A DNA stretch of 64,000 nt from Eledone cirrhosa. Its lineage: Eukaryota. The stretch lies in assembly GCA_964016885.1 (NCBI GenBank), contig OZ024758.1:22444001-22508000 (forward strand), in the 5' to 3' direction. The position numbers and the translations under genes are program-made. The notes beneath the pieces are model-generated. The model was not told the DNA's origin. It searched no databases and saw nothing but the letters and a program-made list of their open reading frames with translations. Every line of letters begins with the position of its first letter. Positions within the stretch are counted from its first letter, which is position 1. Below, piece after piece: positions 49,020-63,520 of the stretch.

Positions 49020-49303
49020 TTAATAAGCAAAAACGTAAACCACCAACGCTGCAGCTACTGTCTTGATACAGAGGTTAAGAGTCTTCTTGGTCATGATACT
49101 TGGACAGGATACTGTGTTTATGAAATGATACCCACTACCAGCTGAAGCTCGCCTGCCTCAACAATACAGCTTTGTAAATAAGAAATATGAAACAGAAGTT
49201 AAACTCAAGTGGTGCGGGTTCAAAACAATCCACTAATGTGAATTGGTGAATTGTAACATGTGTAGACATCTGGTAATTCTTGGTGTGTGGCATTGAGATT
49301 ATT

Positions 49304-49304
<1 letters not shown>

Positions 49305-49351
<47 letters not shown>

Positions 49352-49615
49352 CGTATGTATGTATGTACGTACGTATGTATGTGTATACATATGTATGTAT
49401 GTACGTACGTATGTATGTATGTGTATGTATATATATATATATATGTATGTATGTGTATGTATATATATATATATGTATATGTATGTATGTGTATGTATAT
49501 ATATATATATATATATGTATATGTATGTATGTGTATGTATATATATATATATATATATGTATATGTATGTGTGTATATGTATATATATATATATATATGT
49601 ATATGTATGTGTGTA

Positions 49616-49654
<39 letters not shown>

Positions 49655-50257
49655 ATACGTATGTATGTATGTATGTATGTGTATGTATATATATATATAT
49701 GTATGTATGTGTATATGTATGTGTATATCTATCTCTCTATATATATGTGTGTGTGTGTGTGTATACATATGTATGTATGTACGTATGTACGTATGTATGT
49801 ATATATATATATATATGTGTGTGTGTATACATATGTATGTATGTATGTGTATGTATATATATATATATGTGTGTGTATACATATGTATGTATGTACGTAT
49901 GTATGTGTGTGTGTGTATATACATATGTGTGTGTATATACATGTGTGTATATATACATGTGTGTGTATATATATACATATATATATGTGTGTGTATATAT
50001 ATACATATGTATGTATGCATATGTATGAATATGTATGTATATATATGTATATGTGTGTATACGTATTTATATATGTGCATGTGTATGTGTATGCATATAT
50101 ATATATATATACATACACATAAGTACATATATATGTGTATATATATGCATATGTGTATATATATGCATATGTATATATGTATGCATATGTATATATATGT
50201 GTGTATATATATATATATATATGTGTGTATATGTATGCATATGTATATATACATATA

Positions 50258-50288
<31 letters not shown>

Positions 50289-50305
50289 GTATATGTATGC
50301 ATATG

Positions 50306-50344
<39 letters not shown>

Positions 50345-50356
50345 GTATGCATATGC

Positions 50357-50389
<33 letters not shown>

Positions 50390-50465
50390 TATATGTATGC
50401 ATATATATATGTGTATATATGTATGCATGTATGTATATTTGTATATATATATATATATATATATA
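49305..50465. repeat. TA/TG/TATG microsatellite field
   Basis: Directly visible. Confidence 0.97.
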
Positions 50466-50937
50466 ATGCACTGTACTTCATCAAACAGAGGAAGTACATT
50501 TTTACAATATACGACAGACCACCATAGCATAAGTAGAAAATAGTATTTTTTTAAACGTAATCCAACACAATACAAATTTGATATATTTTACCTCCCATCA
50601 GCAAAACATTCTTTTTTAAGAGGTTATTCTCTAAATCTAGCAGAGAATACATTGGTCTACATCTGTGAGAAGAATCAAGTTTAATTCTTTGTTAAGTGTT
50701 TTCCTTTCACATGGGTGGGAGAATATAACTAATGCTAATACAATATCAAATTCTACTTCACTACCATAAGGAAACACTAACTACACTATGTTGACAGTCT
50801 AAAACTAGGTACAAACATATTCAGGGAAATTTAACGCAGTTTGTTTTTCCAGTAACGACACCCTTAGGATGCTCTCCGGTAGTCGTTACTTCTGCATCAC
50901 TTGACTTCAGTAGACGCAGCTTTCTTACATATGAGCC

Positions 50938-51114
50938 CAGTGCCGAATTTAGGACAAATGAGGCCCAGTGTTAGTTAAGTTATGAAGCTTCTTACCTGGG
51001 CCCTGAAGGATGTAAGCCCGGCAAAAAATTTGTTTGGCAGGAAGGTGCTCCCCCACTTGGCCAACGGAGCCCCGTGCTTAAGCACACCTAAGCACAATGG
51101 TAAATTCGGCACTG
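50938..51114. mobile_element. hAT MITE (related partial copy 44862-45095)
   Basis: 14-bp TIR CAGTGCCGAATTTA; 8-bp TSD TATGAGCC/TATGAGTC. Confidence 0.9.
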
Positions 51115-52409
51115 TATGAGTCCAAATGTTGATCCTCGTTTGAAGTCATTTCACTTCCCTTAAAATGTCAATTCTTATGAGAATAACTTGAAAATTAAAT
51201 CTTAAGAAAAAAAGAAAAAAGGCTTTTAATCCCCATTGAATAAATCTCCAGTAAGTTTGAACTATTGGTATGGTCCCTACAAAACCTATATCTTATCTTT
51301 TAAAATACATTTCTGACCAAGTGCTTATCTCCGAAATCAATATATTATATAGTTTCAATTTCTAACGACTCCTTTAAGTATTATGGGTTCATACATACAT
51401 TATCAATAGCAAGGGTGGTGGATTGGCAGTATCGGTAGAAGGTCGAATGCCATGCTTTCCAGCATAGAGGTATGGCCCTTTATGCTTTGAGTTCAAATCC
51501 CGCCGAGGTTAACTTTGCCTTTAATCCTTACGGGGTCGATAAAATAACGCACCAGTAACATACTGGGGTCGATTTAATCGACTTTGCCATTCATCCTTAC
51601 GGGCTCGATAAAATAAAGTACCAGTAATGTACTGATATAATTGCTGGCTCTGTGCCAAAAGTAGAAACAATTAATAGTATTGTGGCAGTATCGGTAGAGG
51701 GTTGGACGCCATGTTTTGCAGCACAGAGTTACATCCCTTTACGGTCTGTGTTCAAATCCCGCCGAGGCTAACTTTGCCTTTCATCCTTACGGGGTCGATA
51801 AAATAAAGTACCAGTAATGTACTGGGGTAATTGCTGGCCTTGTGCCAAAAGTAGAAACAATTATTATAGCATTGTTGCCCCATTAATAAATGATTTTCGG
51901 ATTATCCTATTCCACAATCCTGCTTATAAAAGATCGGTTAATTTCACCTTCAGGCTTTCTGGTTAATATAACTAGGCATTATCTGGGAAAGAATATATTT
52001 TTGAACCAACCATTTTGAATAATTAGACTGGACTGGAAATAATTAGGCAAGATTTCCGTGTGATCAAAGGAAATTGTGATAAATTTTGAATTTTGAGTAT
52101 GTAATTCTTCACGTGAAAAGGCATTTCTCTTATAGTGTTCGTGTTAAATTTACAAGAGTCCATCCTAAAGCTATCAGACTGACTGTCGTTAATGGCGGAG
52201 ACGAGTTATAATACACCGTGGCGTATCAGACTGACGGTCGTTAATGGCAGAGACGAGTAAATAATACATCGTGGCGTATTAGAAGTCTGCGAAAAGGAAA
52301 GAAAAACATTACGAAGCTGTCGGCTGCTAAATAATTTCAGCTGTTCACAAACTACATATACACGTATATGTATGTATATATATATATTTATATATATTTA
52401 TATATATAT

Positions 52410-52532
52410 ATGGCGTCTCAAAAAATGTACACACAGATTTATTAGAATGCTGTTGAAGTGTGTATACATTTTTTGGGACACCCTGTACATATATATATAT
52501 ATATAATAAAAAGTTACAGTATCGTAAATATG

Positions 52533-52567
<35 letters not shown>

Positions 52568-52885
52568 CGAAGGAGGTGTGGTAAGGAACCAGATGGACCA
52601 TAACGCACCAGAGTACTCAATACTTAGGGTAGTAGAGTGGGTAATAGGAAAATGTTTAACCGCGACGACAGAGCTCAAGCCGTTTCGACGGCTATTTCTG
52701 GAGTGCTGGGGCACCGGGATGTCCCCCCAAAATGCATACACATATTTATTAGAATGCTGTTGAAGTGTGTATCCATTTTTTGGGACACCCTGTATATATA
52801 TATATATATGGCGTCTTAAAAAATGTATAAACATATTTATTAGAATGCTGTTAAAGGGTGTATACCCTTTTTGGGACATCCTGTA
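52410..52885. mobile_element. Three ~75-bp Tc1/mariner-like mini-elements in TA tracts
   Basis: TTTTTGGGACACCCTGTA ends and a shared internal ATTAGAATGCTGTT. Confidence 0.65.
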
Positions 52886-53163
52886 TATGTATATGTGTGT
52901 ATACATATATATATATAATAATAATAATAACAATTAGATAACAACAATTAAAAATGAAACCCGGCTGTATGTTTTTAACGTTGATGACATAAGACTGGAC
53001 AATCTTCAAAGAACATCCGAGCTTCATATGATAGTCTACAGCAATTGTAACAAGATTTCCTGGGAGAACATCTTCAGTTACATTTCGTTGGATATAATCT
53101 TCCTACAACATTATAAACAAGAAAAAAAAGCAAGCTTTCGAAACTTCTATCTAGTAGGTAATA

Positions 53164-53810
53164 TACAGTGTACCCACGGCATTCGTGGTTCCGGTTATTC
53201 GCGAAATTTTCCTTAGAACCTAACTGATAATTGTTCGTGGAAACCACCGCATATTCGCGGAAACGTAAATATTTTTAGTCCCTTTTTCGTGGCTGAATTG
53301 GCAGTATCGGTAGAGGGTTGGACGCTTTCTAGCATATTTACGTCCCTTTACGGTCTGAGTTCAAATCCCGTCGAGGTTAACTTTGCCTTTCATCCTTACG
53401 GGGTCGTTAAAATAAGGTACCAGTAATGTACTGGGTAATTGCTGGCCTTGTGCCAAAAGTAGAAACAATTATATTGCCATATTCTTTAACGTTAAATTAT
53501 TAATAACAATATACCGTATTTGCCAGCCTATTGGAGGCTCCTTCGCATAAGACGCCCCTTCGCATAAGACGCTCCTTCGCATAAGACGCTCCTTTTTTTA
53601 AATTATATTTTACGTTATATTTTACGTTATATTTTGACGTTTATAGGCATTTTTATGAACCTCGTCCAATATTCGCGGTTTTTCACTCTTCCCGGTTGCT
53701 CTAGGAACATAACCCCCGCGGGGACAACTGTAATCACTCACTTTGGTTGTTAAATATGGGTTGTGATCCTGAGGGCGAAGCGTCTTCGATGACGGGAAGT
53801 ACGGTAACAA
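53164..53810. mobile_element. Nested Tigger-like and pogo-like MITE remnants with a SINE
   Basis: TACAGT..ACTGTA and TACCGTA..TACGGTA ends; related MITE at 58332-58488. Confidence 0.55.
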
Positions 53811-56800
53811 TTTCGTAGAAATTACTAACGTTCCCCACCCTCACTCGATAATAACTGTTTCTACTTTTGGCACAAGGCCAGCAATTATCCCAGTGTATTA
53901 CTAGTACTTTATTTTTCCGACCCCCGCACTCAATAATAATAACAACAACAGTAATAATGATAATAATCATTATTAGCCACAAGATGGATTGGCAGTATCG
54001 GTAGAAAGTCGGACGCCATGCTTTGAAGCATAGAGTTACGTCCCTTTATGATCTGAGGTCAAATCCCGCCGAGGTTAACTTTGCCTTTCATCCTTACGGG
54101 GTCGATAAAATAAAGTACCAGTAATGTACTGGTGAATTCCTGGCCTTGTGCCTAAAATAGAAACAATTATTAGCCACAAGAGCCTCTTTATACAACAGCG
54201 TGTTACAAAAAAGGGGTTCAAGGGGCCGTGTGCATGCATGCATGCATGCCCTCGTGTGCTGCAAGCAGCGCGTTGGGCTGGTGCTTATCCCGGTTTCATG
54301 GCGTGACGCGACTGAGAGTACAAGACTTCCCACCCCTTGACAAGACACCAGTCCATCGCAAGGTTAACCTCCCCCCCCCGCCCCGCCTCAGCTATTGCTG
54401 GTACTCATTTTCTGCTGAGTACACTGGAGCAATGTGAAATGAAGTGTGGAGATATACAAATTGTTACCGTACTTCCCGTCATCGAAGACGCTTCGCCCTC
54501 AAGATCACAACCCATATTTAACAACCAAAAATCCCGCCCCACCCCCTCCCTAAAAAACACACAAAAAAAAAAACAAAAAAAAAAAACAATAATAAATATA
54601 AAAATAAGGTCCCAGCCCTTCGGGTCTTGGTACCTATTTTTTTTAGTGATATTTTGTTTATTTACTACTTTAACTAAGTATAATTTATAGACTTCATTGA
54701 GAGGTCATATACAGAAGTTTAGATTACTGTCTAGCAGAGATAATCCTCTGGGGTTAGGATATGCCTATGAGAAACGCAACCTTTGTCCTTCAGGTAGATT
54801 TTTAGCGAGTTATTTTAGGGAAAAAATAGCGTCCTCTGGTGCTTTATTTTATCGGCCCCATAAGGATGAAAGGCAAACCTAACCTCGGCGGGATTTGAAC
54901 TCAGTAAAGAACCGTAATGCTGCAAAGATTGATTCACGATAATTAATGATTTCTAATATAAGCATACGGCCAGTAATTTTGGGGAAAGAGAGTCGATTAA
55001 ATCTACCCCAGTACGTTACTGGTACTTTATTTTATCGACCCTGTAAGGATGAAAGGCAAACCGAACCTCGGCGGGATTTGAATTCAGAACGTAAAGGGAC
55101 GTAACTGTGCTGCAAAGCATGGCGTCCGACCCTCTACCGATACTGCCAATACGGCCAGTAATTTGGGGGAAAGAGAAAGTCGATTAAATCTACCCCAGTA
55201 CGTTACTGGTACTTTATTTTATCGACCCTGTAAGGATGAAGGGCAAAGCTAACCTCGGCGGGATTTGAACTCAGAACGAAAAGAAACGTAATGCTACAAA
55301 GATTGTTTCATGATAATTAATAAAAGTAGAATTTAAAACCCAACTCTGTTAGTTTTAAGATATGTTTGTTCTATCACTATAACTGTTATCTGAATTAGAA
55401 GGAACATTTCCCTACAAGCGCCATGTTACAATATTCCCAAACTTCAGCGTTACTGCTAGAATCATTATCTGTCCAATGTTTATTATCAATGTCATCAGAG
55501 AAACAACATGTTTAGTTGGCGTCGAATTGGGATCGTATTAGCCACTAACTGTTTGTTTTCTCTTTCTTTACTTCCTTTATATCATAAGAACATATTGCTT
55601 CACTGCTAACAAATGTGATTGGCTGTCACTTTGTTAATGGTATCCTCTAGCTTTGTCAGTCAGCCATGATATTCCTATCCACATGCCTTTTTGATGTCGT
55701 CAGCATTTTTTCTTGCCACTTTTTGTTCTGGATTGAAGAAGTTTAACTAAAGCATGCGTCCCTTTAAAAAAGACAAGTTTATGTCAAATATATTCCAATA
55801 GATTTTAAATCTCGTGAGCTGAAAGAAATTTCCAAAAGAATAACTACATATACTTTATAAATAATTTCGTAAAATTATTTTCAGCTGATGTTATTGAACA
55901 AATGGTATCATAATTTTAATGTATGTCTCACGGGGCCGTAAGGGTGCCTGGTTGTTGCCGTGGTAATGTTGCGAGCGTGTTGCTTACCTAAAAAATTCCT
56001 TTTGACCCTTGTGACAACCTCTAAAAGCCCAAACGGGGAGCACTATGAAAGACAAGTACCCCAAAACGGGAAGAAATGAGGCAAAATGGGGAGATTTTAC
56101 ATAATGAAAGCTATACCTATTTTCACAAGAGAAGACATCTCTCACCCACCCCAAAGGTTACTGGAAATCTCCCTGTCGGACGGGGAGAGTTGACAGGTCT
56201 GCTTTTGTCTTTGATAAAAGCCATGTTTAAAAATAAAAGCTTAACTTATGGATAAATGCAAAGAAGTGTCTTTTTTTAGAGAGAGGATCGTAGTTGTAAT
56301 CAAGCAGCAAAATTAAACTGGGTCATAACACCTGGAGTATTACAACTACATATGTGTGTGACAGCTCACACCTATGCAGGTTTAGCTGGCCTCCTCCAAG
56401 GTATATTTCGTTGGGGGTGTCTTGGGTAATTTAATGATAGGGACCCCAGTCCTATCATCTCATTTCTACAGCTGAGTAAACTGAAGCAACGTGAAATAAA
56501 GTATCTTGCTCGAGGAAACAACACGTCACTCGGTCCGAGAAATGAACTCACAACCGCTCGATTGCAAGGCCAATGCTCTAACCACTAAGCCATGCGCCTT
56601 CACACAACTACTACATATGCCATGATAGGAAGTCATAGCCAAGCTATAAACAAGTCGCAGAACTCTCCCCAAAATAGGGAGATTTTACATAATTGTTTCT
56701 ACTATTGGCACAAGGCCAGCGATTACCCCAGTGCATTACTGGTACTTTATTTTATCGACCCCCGTAAGGATGAAAGGCAAAGTTAACCTCGGCGGGATTT

Positions 56801-57526
56801 GAACTCAGATCGTAAAGGGACGTAACTACGCTGGAAAGCATGTCCGACCCTCTACCGATACTGCCAATTCACCTATTTTCACAAGAGAAAACATCTTTCA
56901 CCCACCCTAAAGTGGGAGGGAGATCTCCCCCGTCCCAAGGGGACAGTTGACCGGTCTGATGTGATGTGTGACCAATTGACATGCTTGGCGGTGAATTGAT
57001 GGGGATTTTTTGTTCGTTTTTTTTTCTCTCTCTCGCTTTTTCCTATAGTTTTGTGGATTATATTTATAAGGTTCTTAGCAACAATTAATTATATTTACAT
57101 ATGTCTCATATGAGATAAAATGAGGTAAACCTCACGCAAAATTAGGGTATAACTTCTTAGAAGTCTTGCGATAGTTGTCATATAAAATAAAACACATGTC
57201 AACAAACGAGTGAAACGAAACCTTCTATATTAAATCGACATGAAAAAATTTCACTTGTTCCAAAGTCAGCCCCTTTTTCTTAACACCCTCTTTGATAATC
57301 TTAAAGCTAACATAGACACATCTAATTGGGATACTGTTTTTATAGTTACACTAATTCTAAAGAAAACAATCTCTCGTAATGATTAACAACGTCTCAGAAC
57401 GAGGTTAATCTAGAATTGTAAAATAACAAATATAAATGTATATAGACCAAAGACAGCGTTACCAAACTACCAAACACTTTTACGTCGAAATTGACAGTGA
57501 ATGTTCATCTAAATATAAAACTGCTG

Positions 57527-58206
<680 letters not shown>

Positions 58207-58504
58207 ATGCAATGAAATATCTATGATCGTTGGCAAATCACTGATGAGGGACTCATTTTATAACATGTTATCCATGTGCAACCTGCAGTATTCTTCTCCC
58301 CATTTTTTCATATATATATATATATATACACACCGTATTTCCCGGCGTCAAAGACGCTACTATTTTTTCCTAAAATAAGTCTAAAAAATCTACCATGTGT
58401 CCTGGAGGCCAAAGGTTGCTTATTATTTTTTTGTCAAAATTAGGGTGCGTTCTCTGGGACGAAGCGTCTTTGGCGCCGGAAAATACGGAATATATATATA
58501 TATA

Positions 58505-58785
58505 TATTATAAAGAAAACGAAAAATCAGTGATGCATCTGGACTTAATTTATTGCGTGTTACAATTGTTTCTCCGGCAGGTAGGTAGCTCCAGAGGTGGT
58601 CCTTGTATGGATCCGGCTGATACTACTTCTGCAGGTTCATTCAGACACGAGTATTTCGTTAGGAGCAAATTTTATCAGTGATAAAATTTGCTCCTAACGT
58701 CTCGAGCTACCTCCCGGAGAAACAATTGTAACACGCAATAAACTAAGTCCAGATGCATCACTGATTTTCCGTTTTCTTTATAATA
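58505..58785. repeat. Foldback element: ~80-bp outer inverted repeats, inner perfect 21-bp palindrome (58657-58699), atypical hammerhead-like motif on minus 58555-58649
   Basis: Arms are reverse complementary; minus CGTGT-CTGAATGA-..-GAAA-CAATTG-TA-ACACG. Confidence 0.75.
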
Positions 58786-58885
58786 TCTACACTCTACTCT
58801 GATGAATATCGAGTGCTAATTTTGGCATACCGCCTATGGAAGCACCTTAGCTACCATTATACACAACTGTATGTATGTATGTATG

Positions 58886-58917
<32 letters not shown>

Positions 58918-59110
58918 CTGGCAACCCCACCAAGGTTTCTTGGTGAGGAGGGTGACTTTGGACATCCTGCAGGACTAAAAACAAAACCTGTCAAAGGGCA
59001 AAAGAGCTCTTAAGAGTCAATGGCCATCCAAAATCACCGGGAGAGATGACCCCTTAGCCTTTGTCAAGGCAGAATTCTAGGAGAAGGAAAACTCTGATAT
59101 AACACCTGCA
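58918..59110 (+). mobile_element. RTE-like 5' UTR fragment
   Basis: Contains CTAGGAGAAGGAAAACTCTGA, a motif I recognise from RTE 5' UTRs; lies between (TATG)n tracts. Confidence 0.5.
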
Positions 59111-59664
59111 ACTCTGATGGTATCCAATGATGTTGACTTGTTCTTCTTTTTGGTAAATATCATCTTGGTTAAGAGAGTGGGACTGGCCTTGTGCAGTGCC
59201 TTTGCTCACTATAAAAGCTTCACGGCACAGGCATTGCTTTGTATCTGGAGATCTCTCTGCACTTGTCGTCACATGGTACCATGGGCCCAGCACTATGTGT
59301 CAATAATTGTCGCAAGTGTAGTGTTTGTACCAGAGTTTTCAAGTCGCTGGCTGGACTAAAATGTCACCATCGTTCAGCGCATCGGTAGGGGTTCTCTTAC
59401 ATGGATATAAAGTAGTGGCCGTACTCGAAAACGAGTTGGCAGCCACCATGTATGTATGTATGTATGTATGTATGTATGTATGTATGTATGTATGTATGTA
59501 TGTATGTATGTATGTATGTATGTATAAGCATTGATGTAATTCAATTCGAGAACTCAACGTCACGGGAGTGACGGGCATTCGATTCATGAACATCGCTGTT
59601 TGTCCGCTCCCTTGTCACTTCAATTTTGGATTCGTTCCTTGATTGTAACTTTATTATGTAAGAC

Positions 59665-59742
59665 GCTGTCTGAAGAGAGCATGGCAGTGTATTCTACGCC
59701 GAATTGCGTAGCCAATGTCGTCATCGAAATAGGTATCTTGGC
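59665..59742 (+). ncRNA. Degenerate type I hammerhead motif with long stem II
   Basis: GCTGT-CTGAAGA-G..ATGGCA..CTACGC cgaatt GCGTAG..TGTCGT..C-GAAA-TAGGTA-TC-TTGGC, then AATAAA. Confidence 0.55.
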
Positions 59743-59799
59743 ATTATCAATAAAGGACTTTATCATCTAAACTTTGTATTTCCTTATTCTATATATAGA

Positions 59800-60075
59800 T
59801 AGGACGTATCGGAGGGTTCTTGTTGTTCCCATCAAGCATGCCTTATGAAGCGTTCCAAAAAAAAAGGGGGGGGGCTGGACTAATATTCTTTAACCATCCT
59901 TGGAAACTCTTCGAGATAGTACCTAGTGCTCCTATGACAATCGAGACGACTTTGATCTCATGACAGTCCCAAATCATTTTTAATTCCCACTTTAAATCCT
60001 GGTATCGGTTGATTTTCTTCTCCTTTTCTTGCACTCTTGAGTCAAAGGGGCAGGCTACATCTACAACCAGGCATA
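59800..60075 (-). mobile_element. R4/Dong-like non-LTR element, restriction-like endonuclease C-terminus
   Basis: VVDVACPFDSRVQEKEKKINRYQDLKWELKMIW...VVSIVIGALGTI. Confidence 0.8.
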
Positions 60076-62089
60076 GAGTTACGCCTCTTTATAGTCTGAG
60101 TTCAAATCCCGCCGAGGTTAACTTTGCCTTTCATCCTTACAGGGTCGATAAAATAAAGTACCAGTAATGCACTGGATAATTGCTGACCTTGTGCCAAACG
60201 TAGAAACAATTATTAGACTCAATCTTATTGTAAACTCCCACTGTCTCTGTCTTTGTATTGTTCCCTTCATGTCGGACCTTGTGGTCAATAAATGAAATCA
60301 TCATTATTATTATTAGAAACAAAGGGGTGGTGGATTGGCAGTATCGGTAGAGGGTCGGACGCCATGCTTTGCAGCATAGAGTTACGGCCATTTACGGTAT
60401 GAGTTCATATCCCGCCGAGGTAAACTTTGCCTTTCATCCTTACGGGATCGATAAAATAAAGTACCAGTAATACACTGGGGGTTATTGCTGGCTTTGTGCC
60501 AAAAGTGGAAACAATTATTATTAGACTCAATCTTATTGTAAACCCTCCACTATCCCTGTCTTTGTATTGTCCCCTACATTTCGGCCCTTGTGGTCAATAA
60601 ATGACATTATTATTATTATTATTATTAGAGCAAGAAAAAACACAGAAAGACATATTAAAACAAAGCAATTGAAGTGTTTTTATTTCAATACATATTTAAA
60701 AGACAGTGTTAAAACAATACTTCTTAATAGTTTCATTTTATGATTGTTGAATGTTTTAAACAATTTACGAAGACATGGAAAGATATTTTCATTTTTATTA
60801 CTTTTATTCTCAGCCTGCCAAAAAACATTAGCAGAATTTGCTGCATGTTTAAACACGTTTGATAATGTATGTATAGTTATGTATTTGGTGACGTGTGCAT
60901 TTATATATAGGTGTGTGTGAGCATTTTCATATAGGTGTGTGTTTGTGTGCATGCATTTAATTATAGGTGTGTGTGTTTGTGTGCGCGTATGCGTGCTTGT
61001 GTTTGTATGTGTATGTGCATTTACATATAGGTACGTGTATGTGTGTTTGTGTGTGCATTTACATACATGTGTATGTGTGTGTTTGTGTGCGTGCATTTAC
61101 ATATTGGTGTGTGTGTGTGCTTTGTGTGTGTATGCGTTGTATGTTGCTTTGTTGATGGTAAACATTGTATATTATAAAGTAAGGAGAATTAGAAGAGAAT
61201 AAATGCGAGGTAAAGACTATCGTCTCTTGGAATTCACAGTTTCTTTGCACTCATTACATAATTACACGTATGAACAAATATATACATTGGTTCCCAACGA
61301 AAAGATGGGCTTATATGGTAACAACAACCCAAGTGTGCTTCTATATAGTATCTGTCTGGAAATAATTTATCAGGTTCGGCGTTTTAATGGAGAATACACT
61401 GTAGAAACGACAATGGACGATATACGAGGACTTGTTTGGAAATAATTTATCAGGTTCAGCGTTTTAATGGATAATATATCGTAGAAAGAACAATATACCG
61501 TAGAATGGGCGACGATTACTGTAGAATGGACGATTACTGTAGAATGGACGATATACTGTAGAATGGACGATATACTGGAGAATATATAATATACTGTAGT
61601 ATGGATAATTGTTTCTACTTTTGGCACAAGGCCAGCAATTACCCAGTACATTACTGGTACTTTATTTTATCGACCCCGTCAGGATGAAAGGCAAAGTTAA
61701 CATCGGCGGGATTTGAACTCAGAATGACATGGGCCGTAACTCTATGCGTCAAAGCATGGCGTCCGACCCTCTACCGATACTGCCAATTCACAGCCCTCTA
61801 TGGATAATACACTGTAGAATTCATTGAATGTTTTTCAGAATTGCTTCAGTATAATTCCCCGTTTATATTTATATTAGTTTTGTTAAATGTCAAAACAATC
61901 TTTATATCCATCCAATACTCGTTATATCTTTACAATAACAGTCTTATGATTACAATAACTGATATATCGTTATCATTACAACTGTGTTGTTGCAGCTTTG
62001 CCTCATTTCAGTGACTTCCATATCGTTACAATTGATATGGTCTTACTATTATTGTAAGAAAATATTATTTAGTCACAAAAAACCTGGAA

Positions 62090-62122
<33 letters not shown>

Positions 62123-62145
62123 AATAGTCTTTATGTCGTTACAAT

Positions 62146-62500
62146 GGCTGTCATATCATTTCATCGGCTGGTATATCATTATAATGACTGTCATATCATT
62201 ACATCGGCTGGTATATCATTATAATGACTGTCATATCATTTCATCGGCTGGTATATCATTATAATGACTGTCATATCATTACATCGGCTGGTATATCATT
62301 ATAATGACTGTCATATCATTACATCGGCTGGTATATCATTATAATGACTGCCATATCATTTCATCGGCTGGTATATCATTCTAATGACTGTCATATCATT
62401 ACATCGGCTGGTATATCATTATAATGACTGTCATATCATTACATCGGCTGGTATATCATTATAATGACTGTCATATCATTACAGCGACTGATATATCATT
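62146..62500. repeat. 40-bp minisatellite (dimer of related 20-mers), ~9 copies
   Basis: ATGACTGTCATATCATTACATCGGCTGGTATATCATTATA. Confidence 0.95.
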
Positions 62501-63214
62501 ACAATGTTACGACATTCGTTACAATGTTACGACATTCGTTACAATGTCACAACTGCTGTTACACTGTAACTGGTCTTATAATCTTACAACAACCTTCATA
62601 TTGGTATAACTTGAAACACGTTATCACAGATTTCAGACGTTCTAGTATTTCAACATTTTAACAGAAATTTATTAAGAAAAATCGTAACGTTACCGAAACA
62701 GTTGTAGCAATAAAATGATATAAAGTCATAACAATATAATGATATAACACTATATCAATAGGTGAAGGCTCGTGGCCTGGTGGTAAGGGTGTTGGACTTA
62801 CGATCATAATGTCATGGGTTGCGTATTGTGTTCTTGTGTAAAATACTTCCTTTCACGTTGTTCTAGTATACTCTGCTGAAAATGTGTACCAGCAATAGCT
62901 GGGGGTTTAACCCTGCGATGGACTGGCGTCATGTCCAGGGGCAGTTTTGTACACTCAGTCGCGTTACGCCATGAAACCGGGATAAATACCAGCCTAACGA
63001 GCCTTCTGGCTTAAGACACACTTTAGACTTTATCAATATAATGACTAATGATTGTTATAAGATTGTTAAAACTGCTTCAATATCATACCTCATTTTACAA
63101 TATAAAATACATTGCAATGTTTCATAACACACCTTATATCGAACACACCTACCGTGATATGACAATAGCCACTTTAACGTTACACTAGCTCTAATATTTT
63201 ATCAATTGCAATAG

Positions 63215-63520
63215 CTCCGATACGATGGGAATGTGGTTAGAATGTCTCAGGAAAGAATTGCTGGACAGATTTTACGGGCAAAACCAACCAGCAGAAGACT
63301 CAGGGGTAGACCCCGAGCAAGATGGTTGGATAACATCAATGAGCTTCGCTAGTCTCGCTTGGCTAGTCTCGCTTGGCTAGTCTCGCTTGGCTAGTCTCGC
63401 TTGGGGATTCAACGGGATCAGTTGGAGACGGTTGCTTCTGACAGGACCTGCTAGAAGGAATGTTTGAGGACTCTGCCCCCACGACCCTCTCAGGAATAAG
63501 TGGGTGAAGAAGAAGAAGCA
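63215..63520 (+). mobile_element. RTE-clade LINE 3' fragment with (GAA)n tail and an internal 14-bp x4 repeat
   Basis: VVRMSQERIAGQILRAKPTSRRLRGRPRARWLDNI. Confidence 0.85.

Noticed and set aside
49280-50575. Long ORFs (up to 418 aa) rich in Y/I/C/V/M/H/T, also at 42670-43988 and 57436-58226
   Set aside because: Translations of TA/TG microsatellites, open in many frames on both strands.
55954-55967. RFX X-box-like GTTGCCGTGGTAAT
   Set aside because: Imperfect single motif with no linked gene start.
58241-58300. CTGATGAG motif (also 45961 and 58800)
   Set aside because: No properly placed GAAA or closing stems.
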